Source: a virus (Duplodnaviria; Caudoviricetes). From it: 64,000 nt of DNA. The notes under the pieces were generated by a model. The model saw nothing but the letters and a program-made list of their open reading frames with translations. It was not told the DNA's origin and did not search any database. This document shows, piece after piece, positions 45,650-55,582 of this stretch. The stretch lies in IMG/VR virus record IMGVR_UViG_3300029288_000164, positions 6,754 to 70,753 of that record; one strand, given 5' to 3'. Every line of letters starts with the position of its first letter. Position 1 is the first letter of the stretch. The position numbers and the translations under genes were made by a program.

Positions 45650-46582
45650 GTGCTTGAATACTGCAAAGGTATAAAAGCATTGTTCCATAAAACCGCAAAA
45701 GCTGAGATTCTAGGAATTTCCACGGCCCAAAAGACTTGGGAAAAAACCGCTAGTGGTAAATTTGCCAGTTTCTTTATGGACCAGGGAAACTCACTTAATG
45801 TTGAAGCTGCTTTAGATGCGGTAGCTGACACCTACAAAATCAGTAGAGATCCTTCCAACTACCTTTTTATTCCTGCCAGAGCTAACAGTGCTGATAGACC
45901 AAATGAAAACCAAGATGGCTGGAAAAGGGAAGAACTGCTAAGGTTCGACCCCATTATCGGGCGCAGGATTTACAGTACCTACACACTGAAGCCACACTTT
46001 GTAAATCACAACGCATCTCGTTATCAACTGGCTCGCGGTGTTTTGCTGGATGCTCACTACAATGATGCTAATCCGTTTACTAATGATGAGCGACGTGAAT
46101 CAATTAAGAAAGCAACCGGCAGAGATTTCGACAATGATGAATTCGTCGAAGTTCTAATTGCTGTAGATACGACTAAAGATCCCAATTTGGCAGAAGCATA
46201 TAAGAATGGTTCGGTTTACAGATTCTCTATGGGTTGTGACGTAGAGGCGACCGAATGCTCTGCGTGCGGTAATGTTGCGTCCACTGTTCTCCAGTTTTGC
46301 CCATGTGTTCGCGCAAAGCATTCGCGCAAAGCAGTAAAGTGGGCGGATGGCAGTATGCGCCCAGCATTTGAGTGGTGTGTTGGGACAAGATTCGCGGAAC
46401 TTAGCGCAGTTGATGATCCCGCTGATAAAGACGCTGAGATTCAAGAGGGCTTGCTAGGTCTTGTAAATAGCAAGGTATCTGCGCTTCAGATGAAACAGGA
46501 TTTGTCTAGTTTTGTGATTAAGAATGCCGGAAATATTCCAGCCAGTCTTGCGCCATTATTTGAGCGTTTGCTGACTGACTAA
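45650..46582 (+). CDS. Prohead (capsid maturation) protease
   Basis: PNENQD, FVNHN, FSMGC, Zn insertion CSAC...CPC, ELSAVDDPAD; upstream of scaffold and capsid genes. Confidence 0.85.
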   Translation: MLEYCKGIKALFHKTAKAEILGISTAQKTWEKTASGKFASFFMDQGNSLNVEAALDAVADTYKISRDPSNYLFIPARANSADRPNENQDGWKREELLRFDPIIGRRIYSTYTLKPHFVNHNASRYQLARGVLLDAHYNDANPFTNDERRESIKKATGRDFDNDEFVEVLIAVDTTKDPNLAEAYKNGSVYRFSMGCDVEATECSACGNVASTVLQFCPCVRAKHSRKAVKWADGSMRPAFEWCVGTRFAELSAVDDPADKDAEIQEGLLGLVNSKVSALQMKQDLSSFVIKNAGNIPASLAPLFERLLTD

Positions 46583-46592
46583 AGGAGCACTC

Positions 46593-48572
46593 ATGGACCC
46601 GAAACTTTCTCTATTCGAAACGGTTAAGAAGCTACATGAAGCGGGTACAGTGAAGCTCAGTACGTCAGAGCTTAATGAGATTTCCCGGCAAACGGCTGAT
46701 CTCATTAATCGTTCAATCAGGAACAAGAAAGCTGCCAAGATGCCAGAAGGTTTTGAAGATATTCTTGGGCAGTTGTCGGATAGCAATCCAGAGGAAGCTT
46801 ACAAGGTCGTATTGGAATTCCTCAAGGATAAGGGAATTGTGAAAGATACTGGGGAAGACAAAGAAATGCCCGGTATGGATATGGGTATGGACAAGCCGGA
46901 TATGGGGATGGATATGGGTAAGAAGCCTGACATGGGTATGGATAAGCCCATGAAGGACGAAATGTCTGGTATGGATAAGGATATGGATAAGGAGCCCAAG
47001 GAAGATAAGCCCGGTAAGGACAAGGAAGACAAAGATTTCCCCGGTAAGGATCTTCCCGGCAAGGATAAAGGCGGTTTCCCAGGCAAGGGCAAGGAAGACG
47101 GCAAGGGCAAGGGTCCATTTGGTGGCAAGGGCAAGGGCAAGGATGAGGAAAAAGGCGAATCCAAGGACCATGAAGAGTCTGAATCTCCAAAGGAAGAGAA
47201 GGAAGAGCACGAAGACAAAGGTGGAATGGAAAAGGAAATGCCTTTTGGTAAGGGTGCTCAGGCTGAAGTTGAACCAGATCTGAAGGACGAAGCTGACGAA
47301 GATAATGAAAAAGGTAAGGGCCGGTTGAAGGAACTCCAGAAGAAGGTTGAGGCTACTCCAGCTACTACTTCTGTTGAGTCGATGGGCATGATGGAAGAGA
47401 AGAAGGGTTCATACAAGGTTCTTATTACGGCAGAGCGGAATATTGTTGCCCAGCAGGTTGGCAAGGGGCCGCTATTCCATGCAATTCCAAGTCCTGAATA
47501 CAAGCGCAATCCAACAGCGCTGAAGGCTCTTGCTAACCAGATTATGGGGCTTCTAATGTATCAGGGACCAAAGGCTGCTGCGGCAAAATGCGGCGCTGTT
47601 CTACTTGCTGGTGTTGATGATGATGTTCAGACAACTGGCGATATGGAAATTGGCAAGAATACCAAGAGTGTTACGGATGACGCAACTACAGTAGATGTAG
47701 AAGGGGTTGCTGCTCCCGCAACTTCGACTCTTGATGATCCAGATAATGATACCCAGGAAGATCCAGAGAAGGTTAATCCAACAAATCGTGAAGGTATGCT
47801 GAGTGCTTATCGCGCTTCTAAGGGTGTTGCTAAGTATGAAGTAATCAAGCGGGCGGATACCTCGATTGATGATCCGGAAACAGTTAATGCAGAAAAGCCG
47901 GAAGAACCCCCAAAGAAGGTTACGGAAGGCGCTGAGAATGAGACTGAGGAAGATCCAGCAGAGCCCAAGACAGATACGACTGAGGGTGGCGAGGTTGACT
48001 TCCAGAGCGTTGAAGCCAGTTACCGTAAGCTCTATTCGTCTAGGGCTAAGAAGGCCACTGAAGAGGCTATTAACGCCTTTACAGACAAGTTTATGTCCAG
48101 CATTAGGATCGCATCTTCAAGGATGCGGCTAAACCAGGATGCTCACCCCTTCAAGATTGCTGCTGCCGATGTTCTTCTCAGCGATGAAGTAGAATTTACC
48201 GATGGTGATAAGTTCTGCCCAATGGATGCCAGAACAGCAAGTGAATTGATTGAACTTATTGCGTCAGAAGGTCATGACGCATTCGTTAATCATCTATTGG
48301 AGCGTTCAGCAGCACTTATGGAAAAGGACGCAAGCTATTTGAAGGATGTTGAGTCAGATCTGAAGACACTTGTTCCAGTATCTATTGATGCTAGTGGCAA
48401 GACAGCCGGTGTTAGGAAGAATTCAAGCCTTCGTGAGAGGGCAGTTGATGGTTCATTGTCTGAAACCAGGGCTCCAGTTCCGCGCCCTGAACGGAATAAC
48501 AAAGGAATAGAGATTCGCAATGCGTTTAGCGGGAACAAGCTAGGTCGTAGACTTAGTTCGCTACAAGGATAA
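46593..48572 (+). CDS. Scaffold-like head protein with low-complexity repeats
   Basis: M/D/K/G/P repeats and acidic ~16-aa repeats; lies between protease and capsid genes. Confidence 0.7.
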   Translation: MDPKLSLFETVKKLHEAGTVKLSTSELNEISRQTADLINRSIRNKKAAKMPEGFEDILGQLSDSNPEEAYKVVLEFLKDKGIVKDTGEDKEMPGMDMGMDKPDMGMDMGKKPDMGMDKPMKDEMSGMDKDMDKEPKEDKPGKDKEDKDFPGKDLPGKDKGGFPGKGKEDGKGKGPFGGKGKGKDEEKGESKDHEESESPKEEKEEHEDKGGMEKEMPFGKGAQAEVEPDLKDEADEDNEKGKGRLKELQKKVEATPATTSVESMGMMEEKKGSYKVLITAERNIVAQQVGKGPLFHAIPSPEYKRNPTALKALANQIMGLLMYQGPKAAAAKCGAVLLAGVDDDVQTTGDMEIGKNTKSVTDDATTVDVEGVAAPATSTLDDPDNDTQEDPEKVNPTNREGMLSAYRASKGVAKYEVIKRADTSIDDPETVNAEKPEEPPKKVTEGAENETEEDPAEPKTDTTEGGEVDFQSVEASYRKLYSSRAKKATEEAINAFTDKFMSSIRIASSRMRLNQDAHPFKIAAADVLLSDEVEFTDGDKFCPMDARTASELIELIASEGHDAFVNHLLERSAALMEKDASYLKDVESDLKTLVPVSIDASGKTAGVRKNSSLRERAVDGSLSETRAPVPRPERNNKGIEIRNAFSGNKLGRRLSSLQG

Positions 48573-48608
48573 GTGCATTGAAGTCTCTGAATCGAAAGGA
48601 GGGTCGCA

Positions 48609-49400
48609 ATGGCTGACCCGCGCATGAGTGCATTCCAGATCTCTAGCCGAGCAATCGGTATTGATCGGAAGCGAAGTGTCCTGAAGTCAGATCCAGGCTG
48701 GTATGTAGCCGATCCGACAACGACATTCCGCGCTGGTATGCTTGTTAGCTTGGATGCTAATGAGCGTGTCACCCGGTGTGTTGGAACCGACGTACTTGGT
48801 TTTTCGCTGTATAACAATACAACGACCGAGTATGCAACTGTTACTGGTGAATACGTCCAGCTCAATGGCGTAGTTGCCACTAACCTCAAGCACGCCAACC
48901 TGTTTTGGCCGCTAACTCCAGCGGTTCAGGGTCTTGGCGTCCGTGTTGCTGCTGCCTTGACTGGTGGTGCATATACGGAATCAACGGGCGTTAACAACGA
49001 CTATTTGATGTCCTACGTCAATGGTACGATTACACGCATCGCTGGTGGCGCAATCGCAGACGGTGGTTATGTGTATGTAAATTACATGTACCCACTCACG
49101 GAAGCCGACCTTGATTTCGAAGGCAGGAACTTCTGGAACCTGACTAACGACGTCAATGTCTCTGATGGCAAGTGTGCAATCGCTACAGATGCCACCACCA
49201 TCTTCACCACGGCATATGACACCCATCAGACCTTTACCGTTAACCAGCTACTCTATGCTGGGACCACGGCTCAGGGCTGTGAAGGGCTTGTCACCACGAC
49301 AAGCACTGGTGCAAATGCTCACATCGGGCGCGTTGTGCAGATCCCCACGGCTGCTGATCCGTGGCTTGGCCTACGTTTCGTTAACGTAGCGATTCTATAA
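48609..49400 (+). CDS. Head decoration / minor capsid protein
   Basis: Beta-rich; directly before the major capsid gene; host-like high-expression codon use. Confidence 0.6.
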   Translation: MADPRMSAFQISSRAIGIDRKRSVLKSDPGWYVADPTTTFRAGMLVSLDANERVTRCVGTDVLGFSLYNNTTTEYATVTGEYVQLNGVVATNLKHANLFWPLTPAVQGLGVRVAAALTGGAYTESTGVNNDYLMSYVNGTITRIAGGAIADGGYVYVNYMYPLTEADLDFEGRNFWNLTNDVNVSDGKCAIATDATTIFTTAYDTHQTFTVNQLLYAGTTAQGCEGLVTTTSTGANAHIGRVVQIPTAADPWLGLRFVNVAIL

Positions 49401-49412
49401 GGGAGGTGCGTT

Positions 49413-50612
49413 ATGAGTACATCTAATCCATACCGGAAACTAGCCGCTCAGAAGCGCCCCGCAGCCCCACAGACTGCCAAGCGTTCAGGAGTAGAAGTAG
49501 CCCCGAAGACTCGCCTTGCTTCCAAGCGGGATGAGTCTCTGTTCGAAGCCAGTGGTAAATTTAACCCACAGAGTTATGACCACGGCAAGACCGCAGGCAC
49601 CAATCGCCGGATGTTCGACAAGAAGGGCGAACTCAATGCTGTAGACCGCAAGGATGCAATGGTTCAGATTAGTCACCTCCTCAATGAAGTGACCAAGAAG
49701 AACGCAGGCAACCTCCAGATGCGTAAGGCCACTGATGAGTCAAAGATCACCAAGGAAGCCCGTAGGGACATCCTTGCTGCGGCTCTCTCCGGTTCAACTG
49801 ATTCAGAGGGTTTCCGTGTTGTAGGGCAGGAACTAGCGCTTCCAATTAAGGCGATTCTTGATTACGAGGGTTTTGCTCGTAAGATTTATCGCGTCCGCAA
49901 GCTAGCTCAGGCTGAACTGTTCCGTATTCCACTCGACATTCGTTCGACTGCATGGGTAATTGGTCAGGATGGTCAGACTCCCGAGAGCCGCATTAAGACC
50001 AAGTGGATTACCCCGAGCGAATTCAAGATCACGTCGTTCCCGAGCGTTGATATCATGGACATATATCACTACAATTTTGATGTGCTTGATAGAGCACAGG
50101 ATACAGCACGTCAGGAAATCGAACTCGCGGAAGACAAGGCGGGTCTTGCTCTAATCGACCGCGCTTCCACAGTTGAGAATGACGCCGTTCTATTTGGTAC
50201 CCTCGGTGTTTCCGCTTTCGAAGACATCCGGTATCAGGTTGAGCGTCACCGGTTGATCGTAGAGAACTTCATGATCAATCGTCAGGAACTCAGTGACATC
50301 GTAAAGACCATGAGCACCCAGGTTGACATGGTTACCGAGCGCGAGTTGCTGTTGGCCGGTTACATCGGCACGTTCATGAACGCACAAATTCTCACCGCCG
50401 CAGGCACGGGCGTTGAGGAAGTAGTTCCCGCAGGCACCGTTTACGCGGTAACTGGCGCAGACTATATGGGCGAAATGGGCGTTCGTGTTGAGCTGTTCTC
50501 AGAGTCCTACAACAAATACGCCATGCAGGAAACCGTTAAGGGCTTCGCATTCTGTGAAATCCTTGGCTTTGGTATTCCGAATTCGCGTGCTTGTGCGAAG
50601 GGGACCAAATAG
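49413..50612 (+). CDS. Major capsid protein (HK97 fold)
   Basis: GQELALPIK...LDYEGFARKI, backbone helix FDVLDRAQDTARQEIELAED, C-terminal GFGIPN; size and position. Confidence 0.88.
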   Translation: MSTSNPYRKLAAQKRPAAPQTAKRSGVEVAPKTRLASKRDESLFEASGKFNPQSYDHGKTAGTNRRMFDKKGELNAVDRKDAMVQISHLLNEVTKKNAGNLQMRKATDESKITKEARRDILAAALSGSTDSEGFRVVGQELALPIKAILDYEGFARKIYRVRKLAQAELFRIPLDIRSTAWVIGQDGQTPESRIKTKWITPSEFKITSFPSVDIMDIYHYNFDVLDRAQDTARQEIELAEDKAGLALIDRASTVENDAVLFGTLGVSAFEDIRYQVERHRLIVENFMINRQELSDIVKTMSTQVDMVTERELLLAGYIGTFMNAQILTAAGTGVEEVVPAGTVYAVTGADYMGEMGVRVELFSESYNKYAMQETVKGFAFCEILGFGIPNSRACAKGTK

Positions 50613-50622
50613 TTGATGGTTG

Positions 50623-50673
50623 GCCGGTAGGTGGTTTAGGCCACCTACCGGCATTACCTACCTGAAAAGGTAG
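50623..50673 (+). promoter_or_regulatory. Double-hairpin RNA element after the capsid gene
   Basis: 12-bp stem GCCGGTAGGTGG/CCACCTACCGGC, then CTACCT-GAAA-AGGTAG; no U-tract. Confidence 0.7.
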
Positions 50674-50676
50674 AGC

Positions 50677-51510
50677 TTGGGCGAAAACCCTGTCGTGGAT
50701 GAAAAGCATACTAGAATTTCTGTTGTTGATGAACGCAATTGCTTTCTATCATACACACATCCCGCTAGGGCTCGTAAGTTATTAAAAGACGGAGAGGCCG
50801 AAGTGTTTTCGACTTCCCCTTTTACAATCCGTTTGAAACGGAGATCCCTGGAGGGTACAATGACTGCAATCACTAATTTCACTGAATATTTCAAGGAAGA
50901 GCGCGACATCTATGTTCAGAATAAGTCTGACCGGCTTATTTCGCTAGAATTCCAAGTGTCGGGAGATCGCAAGGAATCACACCGGTTGGCTAGGACACTT
51001 GATCCGGTCAATCTGACTCAGTACATTCCTTTCAACGCTATCAAGAATAGCACAGATCTCAGGAATCTGTCAAATCGCCAGCCACCGGCAATTGTTTTCC
51101 TTTCTGAAGAGGAATACAAGGCTTATTTCCAGCAGAAGGCGGCAGCGCACCAGACTACAATTGATGAGGAAATTTCTCGTTCCAATGAGAAGCATCGTTC
51201 AGTTGTAAACCGGACTGCCTTCAAGCCGATGGAAAAGATGACGTTGGCAGAAGCCGAGAAGGAACTGACCAAGCCTACGCCCCTGGAAGAGCAACTAACT
51301 CCTCGTGTAGTTGGGCTATGCTCCAAGGTTGGTGCGGATATTAAGGAAGCCGAGATGCTTCCTGCCCGCGATTTCATTGAGGAGCTAGAAGCTATCGAAA
51401 AGACGCTAACTCCTGCCGATCTTGAATTCATTCTAGTTAATGGTTATCACAAATCGGTCAAAAAGTGGGCACAAAAGCGTCTTGAGGGCGGTTCTGCTAA
51501 AGAAGAATAA
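50677..51510 (+). CDS. PLMP/RRXRR-domain fusion to a hypothetical head-module protein
   Basis: ISVVDE...THPARARKLLKDGEAEV....PFTIRLK matches the IscB N-terminal domain; in-frame internal ATG 50860 has a GGAGGG RBS. Confidence 0.75.
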   Translation: MGENPVVDEKHTRISVVDERNCFLSYTHPARARKLLKDGEAEVFSTSPFTIRLKRRSLEGTMTAITNFTEYFKEERDIYVQNKSDRLISLEFQVSGDRKESHRLARTLDPVNLTQYIPFNAIKNSTDLRNLSNRQPPAIVFLSEEEYKAYFQQKAAAHQTTIDEEISRSNEKHRSVVNRTAFKPMEKMTLAEAEKELTKPTPLEEQLTPRVVGLCSKVGADIKEAEMLPARDFIEELEAIEKTLTPADLEFILVNGYHKSVKKWAQKRLEGGSAKEE

Positions 51511-51590
51511 CCCACAATAAAGTCCCACAGTTTAGTCTTCCAAACAATTTTATCGTACAATGCTCATATAGTTAGCAAAGGCCAAAAACC

Positions 51591-52049
51591 ATGCAATATT
51601 CTGAAAAAGTTCACGAAATCTTCATTATTGGAAAAGTAGGCGCATCTACTAAATTATGGTTTCAACCCAGTGGCGAACCAATTGAAAATTTCACTGTTGC
51701 CGTTAATTCCAAAGGTGTCCCAATGCCTGGTGGTTTCACCATTGATTGGGAAATTCTATATGGGGGTAATTGGTTAACGGGTGTGCCATATTCAGACACT
51801 GCTACACATTCTGGTGGTCGCGTAATTTCCTCTGGCTCTTTTGCTCTTGGTTTAGAAGTGGCTGAAATCATCTATAACGGCCCACTAATTCTTCCGACAA
51901 ATCGCCGTAAAACTGTTTACAAATCTGACGGATCTCCCAACAAAACTGGTTGGGGCGGCTTCCCATTACTAGCCAGATTCACCAATAACGACATTGACGA
52001 CGTAACTTTAGTGGTAACTTTCATTACAAAATCTTTGTCCCTTTATTAG
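51591..52049 (+). CDS. Virion-like protein (tandem paralog)
   Basis: MQY..., PSGEP, YGG, D..TH.GG and GGFP are shared with the next gene; both are 152 aa. Confidence 0.65.
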   Translation: MQYSEKVHEIFIIGKVGASTKLWFQPSGEPIENFTVAVNSKGVPMPGGFTIDWEILYGGNWLTGVPYSDTATHSGGRVISSGSFALGLEVAEIIYNGPLILPTNRRKTVYKSDGSPNKTGWGGFPLLARFTNNDIDDVTLVVTFITKSLSLY

Positions 52050-52135
52050 CGAAAATTTATACAAGCCCTTTAAGAGTCCCAACGAATTTTAAGGTAGACT
52101 AAACTAAGGAAAATTCTAAGGAGGAAATCTCTCAA

Positions 52136-52594
52136 ATGCAATATATCGAAACTACGAAAGAAGTGACAATGACGGCTGCTGGCGGATTAGCGCCCGTAGT
52201 TCGTGTATGGATGGACCCCAGTGGCGAACCTTTCCGGGATATTAATATTTCAGTTAGCTCATCCGGTGGAGCTTTGCCTGCTGGTGGAGTTACCTGGGCT
52301 GTATATTATGGAGGTGCATTTACTGGCCCACTTTATGTAGATACTTCAACACATACCGGTGGAATTCTTCAAGCAACTAACCTTTTTGCTGGTGCTGCTG
52401 AAGTTGCTACAGTAATTCACACAGATACCGACATTTTCCCTTCCAATCTTCGCCAAAGAAATATCCATGTAGAAACTGCCCATACTCTCAAGGGCTATGG
52501 CGGATTTCCTATTGTTCTCGAATTGACAAATAATGCTGCTGTTGCTGTTACTCTAATTGCATCTCTGGTTGCTCGTACAGTTTCAATTCCATAA
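52136..52594 (+). CDS. Virion-like protein (tandem paralog)
   Basis: Same motifs as 51591..52049; AAGGAGG RBS. Confidence 0.65.
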   Translation: MQYIETTKEVTMTAAGGLAPVVRVWMDPSGEPFRDINISVSSSGGALPAGGVTWAVYYGGAFTGPLYVDTSTHTGGILQATNLFAGAAEVATVIHTDTDIFPSNLRQRNIHVETAHTLKGYGGFPIVLELTNNAAVAVTLIASLVARTVSIP

Positions 52595-52802
52595 TGGAAA
52601 GGAAAATTCCCATGCTCAACTCAATCATTCTCGGTTTCAAAAAGGTATTTGGAAAAGACACGACTTGCAGACTTCCTTCTAAAGATGATTGTCCCTTTTC
52701 ACACAGGTTTGCGAATATTGATAATGAGTTGGAAAAAATTGGTAGTAAACTTGGGGAGCTTCAGCAAGAAATTGGTAAGCTTCTAGATAGGGAGTAAACA
52801 AA

Positions 52803-53189
52803 ATGGCAACTGACACTTTAACTATTGCAGGAACATTCACATATGACGAAGCTCCTGGGGGTCCGGAAGTTTCTGGTATTCTAGGGTCACCAGTAATTAC
52901 GCCAACTTCTACAACGGGGCCAACTCTAGATTACAATGAATCAATTGGCAATGTTGCGGTTCTTGCTCCTGCTGCAATTTACATTATCAATTTCGGATCA
53001 TTAGCTGAAGCGGATTGGCTATACATTGGAACGGATCAGCCAGTAACAGTTAAATTGAACGGCAGTGTTGATACAATTAGTTTGATTGCTGGTGGATTCA
53101 TTGCTATTTACAAAGGATCAATCACTGCGGCAACTATTACTTGTGGTCCTGTTGGCGCAAAGGTGAAATATCTTCTGTTAGGTGATTAA
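52803..53189 (+). CDS. Small beta-rich virion-like protein
   Basis: GGGAG RBS; composition and position. Confidence 0.6.
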   Translation: MATDTLTIAGTFTYDEAPGGPEVSGILGSPVITPTSTTGPTLDYNESIGNVAVLAPAAIYIINFGSLAEADWLYIGTDQPVTVKLNGSVDTISLIAGGFIAIYKGSITAATITCGPVGAKVKYLLLGD

Positions 53190-53203
53190 CATTTAGGCAT
53201 GGG

Positions 53204-54412
53204 TTGATGGCTAAATTATACAGAACTTGTAAGGTAAAGTTGGGGAAATCTCCTAAACAGGAGAAAAAGCTCAAAACTACTTTGGAGTTATTACGGCAGT
53301 TATATAATGCTGCTTTGCAACAGCGGCGCGAAGCTTGGGTGAAACAGCACGTATCCTTAACGGAATATGATCAACATGCAGAGCTGACTAAGGTGAGAGC
53401 AGACGATATAGAGTTTAGAAACATTCCCGTTGAGACTGCGAGACTTACATCATTGCATCGACTTGCCTTAGCTTTTCAGAAGTTTTTTAATAGATTGAAA
53501 CGTGGGGAGAAGCCGGGGTATCCTAGATATAAAGGGGTTGATCGGTTTAATACTTTATTTTATGGTCGAACTGGCTGGAAGATAGATGGAAAAAAACTTA
53601 TTTTGGTTAATGGTAAAGACCCTATAGTGCTAAGAATGAGAAATAGTATTTATTTAGCGGGTAAAATAGTTGGGTTTAAGTTAGTAGAGCGGGCAGGGCG
53701 TTGGTGGGCGCATTTTCAAATTGAGATGGGGGATATTCCGGAAAAAGGGGAAGCAAAAAATAGTGTTGGTATTGATGTTGGTATTAAAACTTTTGCAACA
53801 TTGTCAGATGGATCTGAGGTTGAGCATCCCCATTTTCTAGTTAACGCTTCTGCCAAACTTAAAGAGGGGCAGAGAAATTTGTCTAGAAAGACAAAAGGCT
53901 CAAATAATAGGAAGAAGGCACAGGAACGTCTCGCTCGATTAAATGAGAATATAGTAAATCAACGAAAGAACTTTATAAATCAGGTTGTTTCGGATTTAGT
54001 AAAAACGTATGACGGTTTTGTAGTGGAGGCGCTGGATATAAGAAGGATGATGTCTACGAATAGCGCTCCCTCAGGTTTGGGTAAGTTTGGTCTTCCCGGT
54101 TTAAAGAGGGGGATTATAGATTCGTCTTGGGGTGCATTTGCTCTTCATCTGGTCAGTAAAGCGGAAGAAGCTGGCTGTCCGGTTGTTTGCGTAAATCCTA
54201 GAGGAACTTCACAGATGTGTTCCGGATGCGGGACAACAGTAAAGAAAGATCTTGGTTCTAGAATGCATGATTGCCCTGTTTGTGGTTTGTTGCTAGACAG
54301 GGATTTAAATGCGGCCAAGAATATTTTTGCTTTAGGAAAAAACAACCTGGGGCACAGGTTGACGACTGATAGTACAGCTTTTAGCTGTGCCGTTGGCGCG
54401 GAGGCTTTTTGA
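53204..54412 (+). mobile_element. tnpB: IS200/IS605-family TnpB (copy 2)
   Basis: LYNAALQQRR, GIDVG, VVEAL, CSGC...CPVC, DRDLNAAKNI. Confidence 0.93.
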
Positions 54413-54497
54413 TAATGAAGAGTTATGCCCAGAACATGATCGAGTTACAAAAATCACCTTTTGGTGTGACTATATTGGGTTTTGTTAAGGGGGAACT

Positions 54498-55409
54498 ATG
54501 CTTATAAAATCCGGAGTTGAGGTTCCTTCTGTCGCTCAGATGATCGAATTGGTTCGTGAGAATGCTCATAGACGCATTGATGTAACTATTTTAGACTCTA
54601 ATGGGAATCCGGCTGATATTGTTGAAGAGAAAATGTCAACTGGTGATCCAAGAGGTGAATTGGATCTTGAAATAACGGATATTTCTGGAACTGTTGTCTA
54701 TTCAGAAAGCTATTGGCCAAAATCCAATCCACCTAAGACACGGATTAAGCATTCGGCCATTGGTGCTTATTACCTTAACTATGGCGCTGAAGCTAATGAA
54801 ACAACTCCAACAGGGACTTACCTATTCAATTGGCACGCAAGAATTACAGATACTTCTGAGGACATGTATCGAACACAGGTTGTCGAAGTAGTTTCTCCAA
54901 GGGTTCTGTCATTATTGCCAAGATTCCGTCTTATGATTGATAAAACGGTTAAAAGGATTATGCCGGAAAAGGATTGTTTTCTTGGATATACTGATGGGAT
55001 GCTCATTTGTTATTTGACAATGGGCTTGCACATGTTGAACGAGTATGAGCCCTATCCAATGTGGTATTCAATTGAGAATTACCCGTTGGAATACCATAGT
55101 GATATCCTGATGAAAGCGGCTTTGTATGTTGGGGTAATTTCTCAGACAATGTTTGCAATTGATACAGATGTTCCTTCATTTAGTGATCAGGGACATTCAT
55201 TTGTACTTCAACATGCTACGCCACTTGCCGCAATGGCGCAGAATTTGCGAAATGAGTTGGATAAGCTGATTCCAATATTCAAGCTCAAGTTTGTGGAATC
55301 TGGTACGGTATCTATAGAACTTCGAATGAACAGTGCATATTACGCGATGCTGAGTTCTGCTCCTGGTGGTTCATTGTTCAGGAATTTCTGGCTGTCTACG
55401 CCGAACTAA
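54498..55409 (+). CDS. Putative head-tail adaptor / neck protein
   Basis: Beta-rich N-terminal domain and helical C-terminal connector-like domain; position after the capsid genes. Confidence 0.55.
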   Translation: MLIKSGVEVPSVAQMIELVRENAHRRIDVTILDSNGNPADIVEEKMSTGDPRGELDLEITDISGTVVYSESYWPKSNPPKTRIKHSAIGAYYLNYGAEANETTPTGTYLFNWHARITDTSEDMYRTQVVEVVSPRVLSLLPRFRLMIDKTVKRIMPEKDCFLGYTDGMLICYLTMGLHMLNEYEPYPMWYSIENYPLEYHSDILMKAALYVGVISQTMFAIDTDVPSFSDQGHSFVLQHATPLAAMAQNLRNELDKLIPIFKLKFVESGTVSIELRMNSAYYAMLSSAPGGSLFRNFWLSTPN

Positions 55410-55582
55410 TGAAAACCACGCTTAAAATAGATTTACAAAAGCTTGAGAAAATGGACAACATTAAATTCTTCAGATTACTAGATGAAAGTCGTTGGCAAAA
55501 GCTGATTAATACTATGAAAGACGCAGCGAACAATAAATCCATTGAAGAATTGATGACAGAATTGGTAGAGGATGGGAAGTAA
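55409..55582 (+). CDS. Small hypothetical protein
   Basis: 57 aa; TAATG overlaps at both ends indicate translational coupling. Confidence 0.55.
   Translation: MKTTLKIDLQKLEKMDNIKFFRLLDESRWQKLINTMKDAANNKSIEELMTELVEDGK

Noticed and set aside
46713-47218. Three overlapping minus-strand ORFs with Pro/Tyr/Ser/Leu repeats
   Set aside because: Mirror images of the scaffold's low-complexity Met/Asp/Lys/Gly repeats.
50623-50652. Simple rho-independent terminator after the capsid gene
   Set aside because: A strong stem but no U-tract on either strand, and it overlaps alternative pairings; treated as a regulatory element instead.
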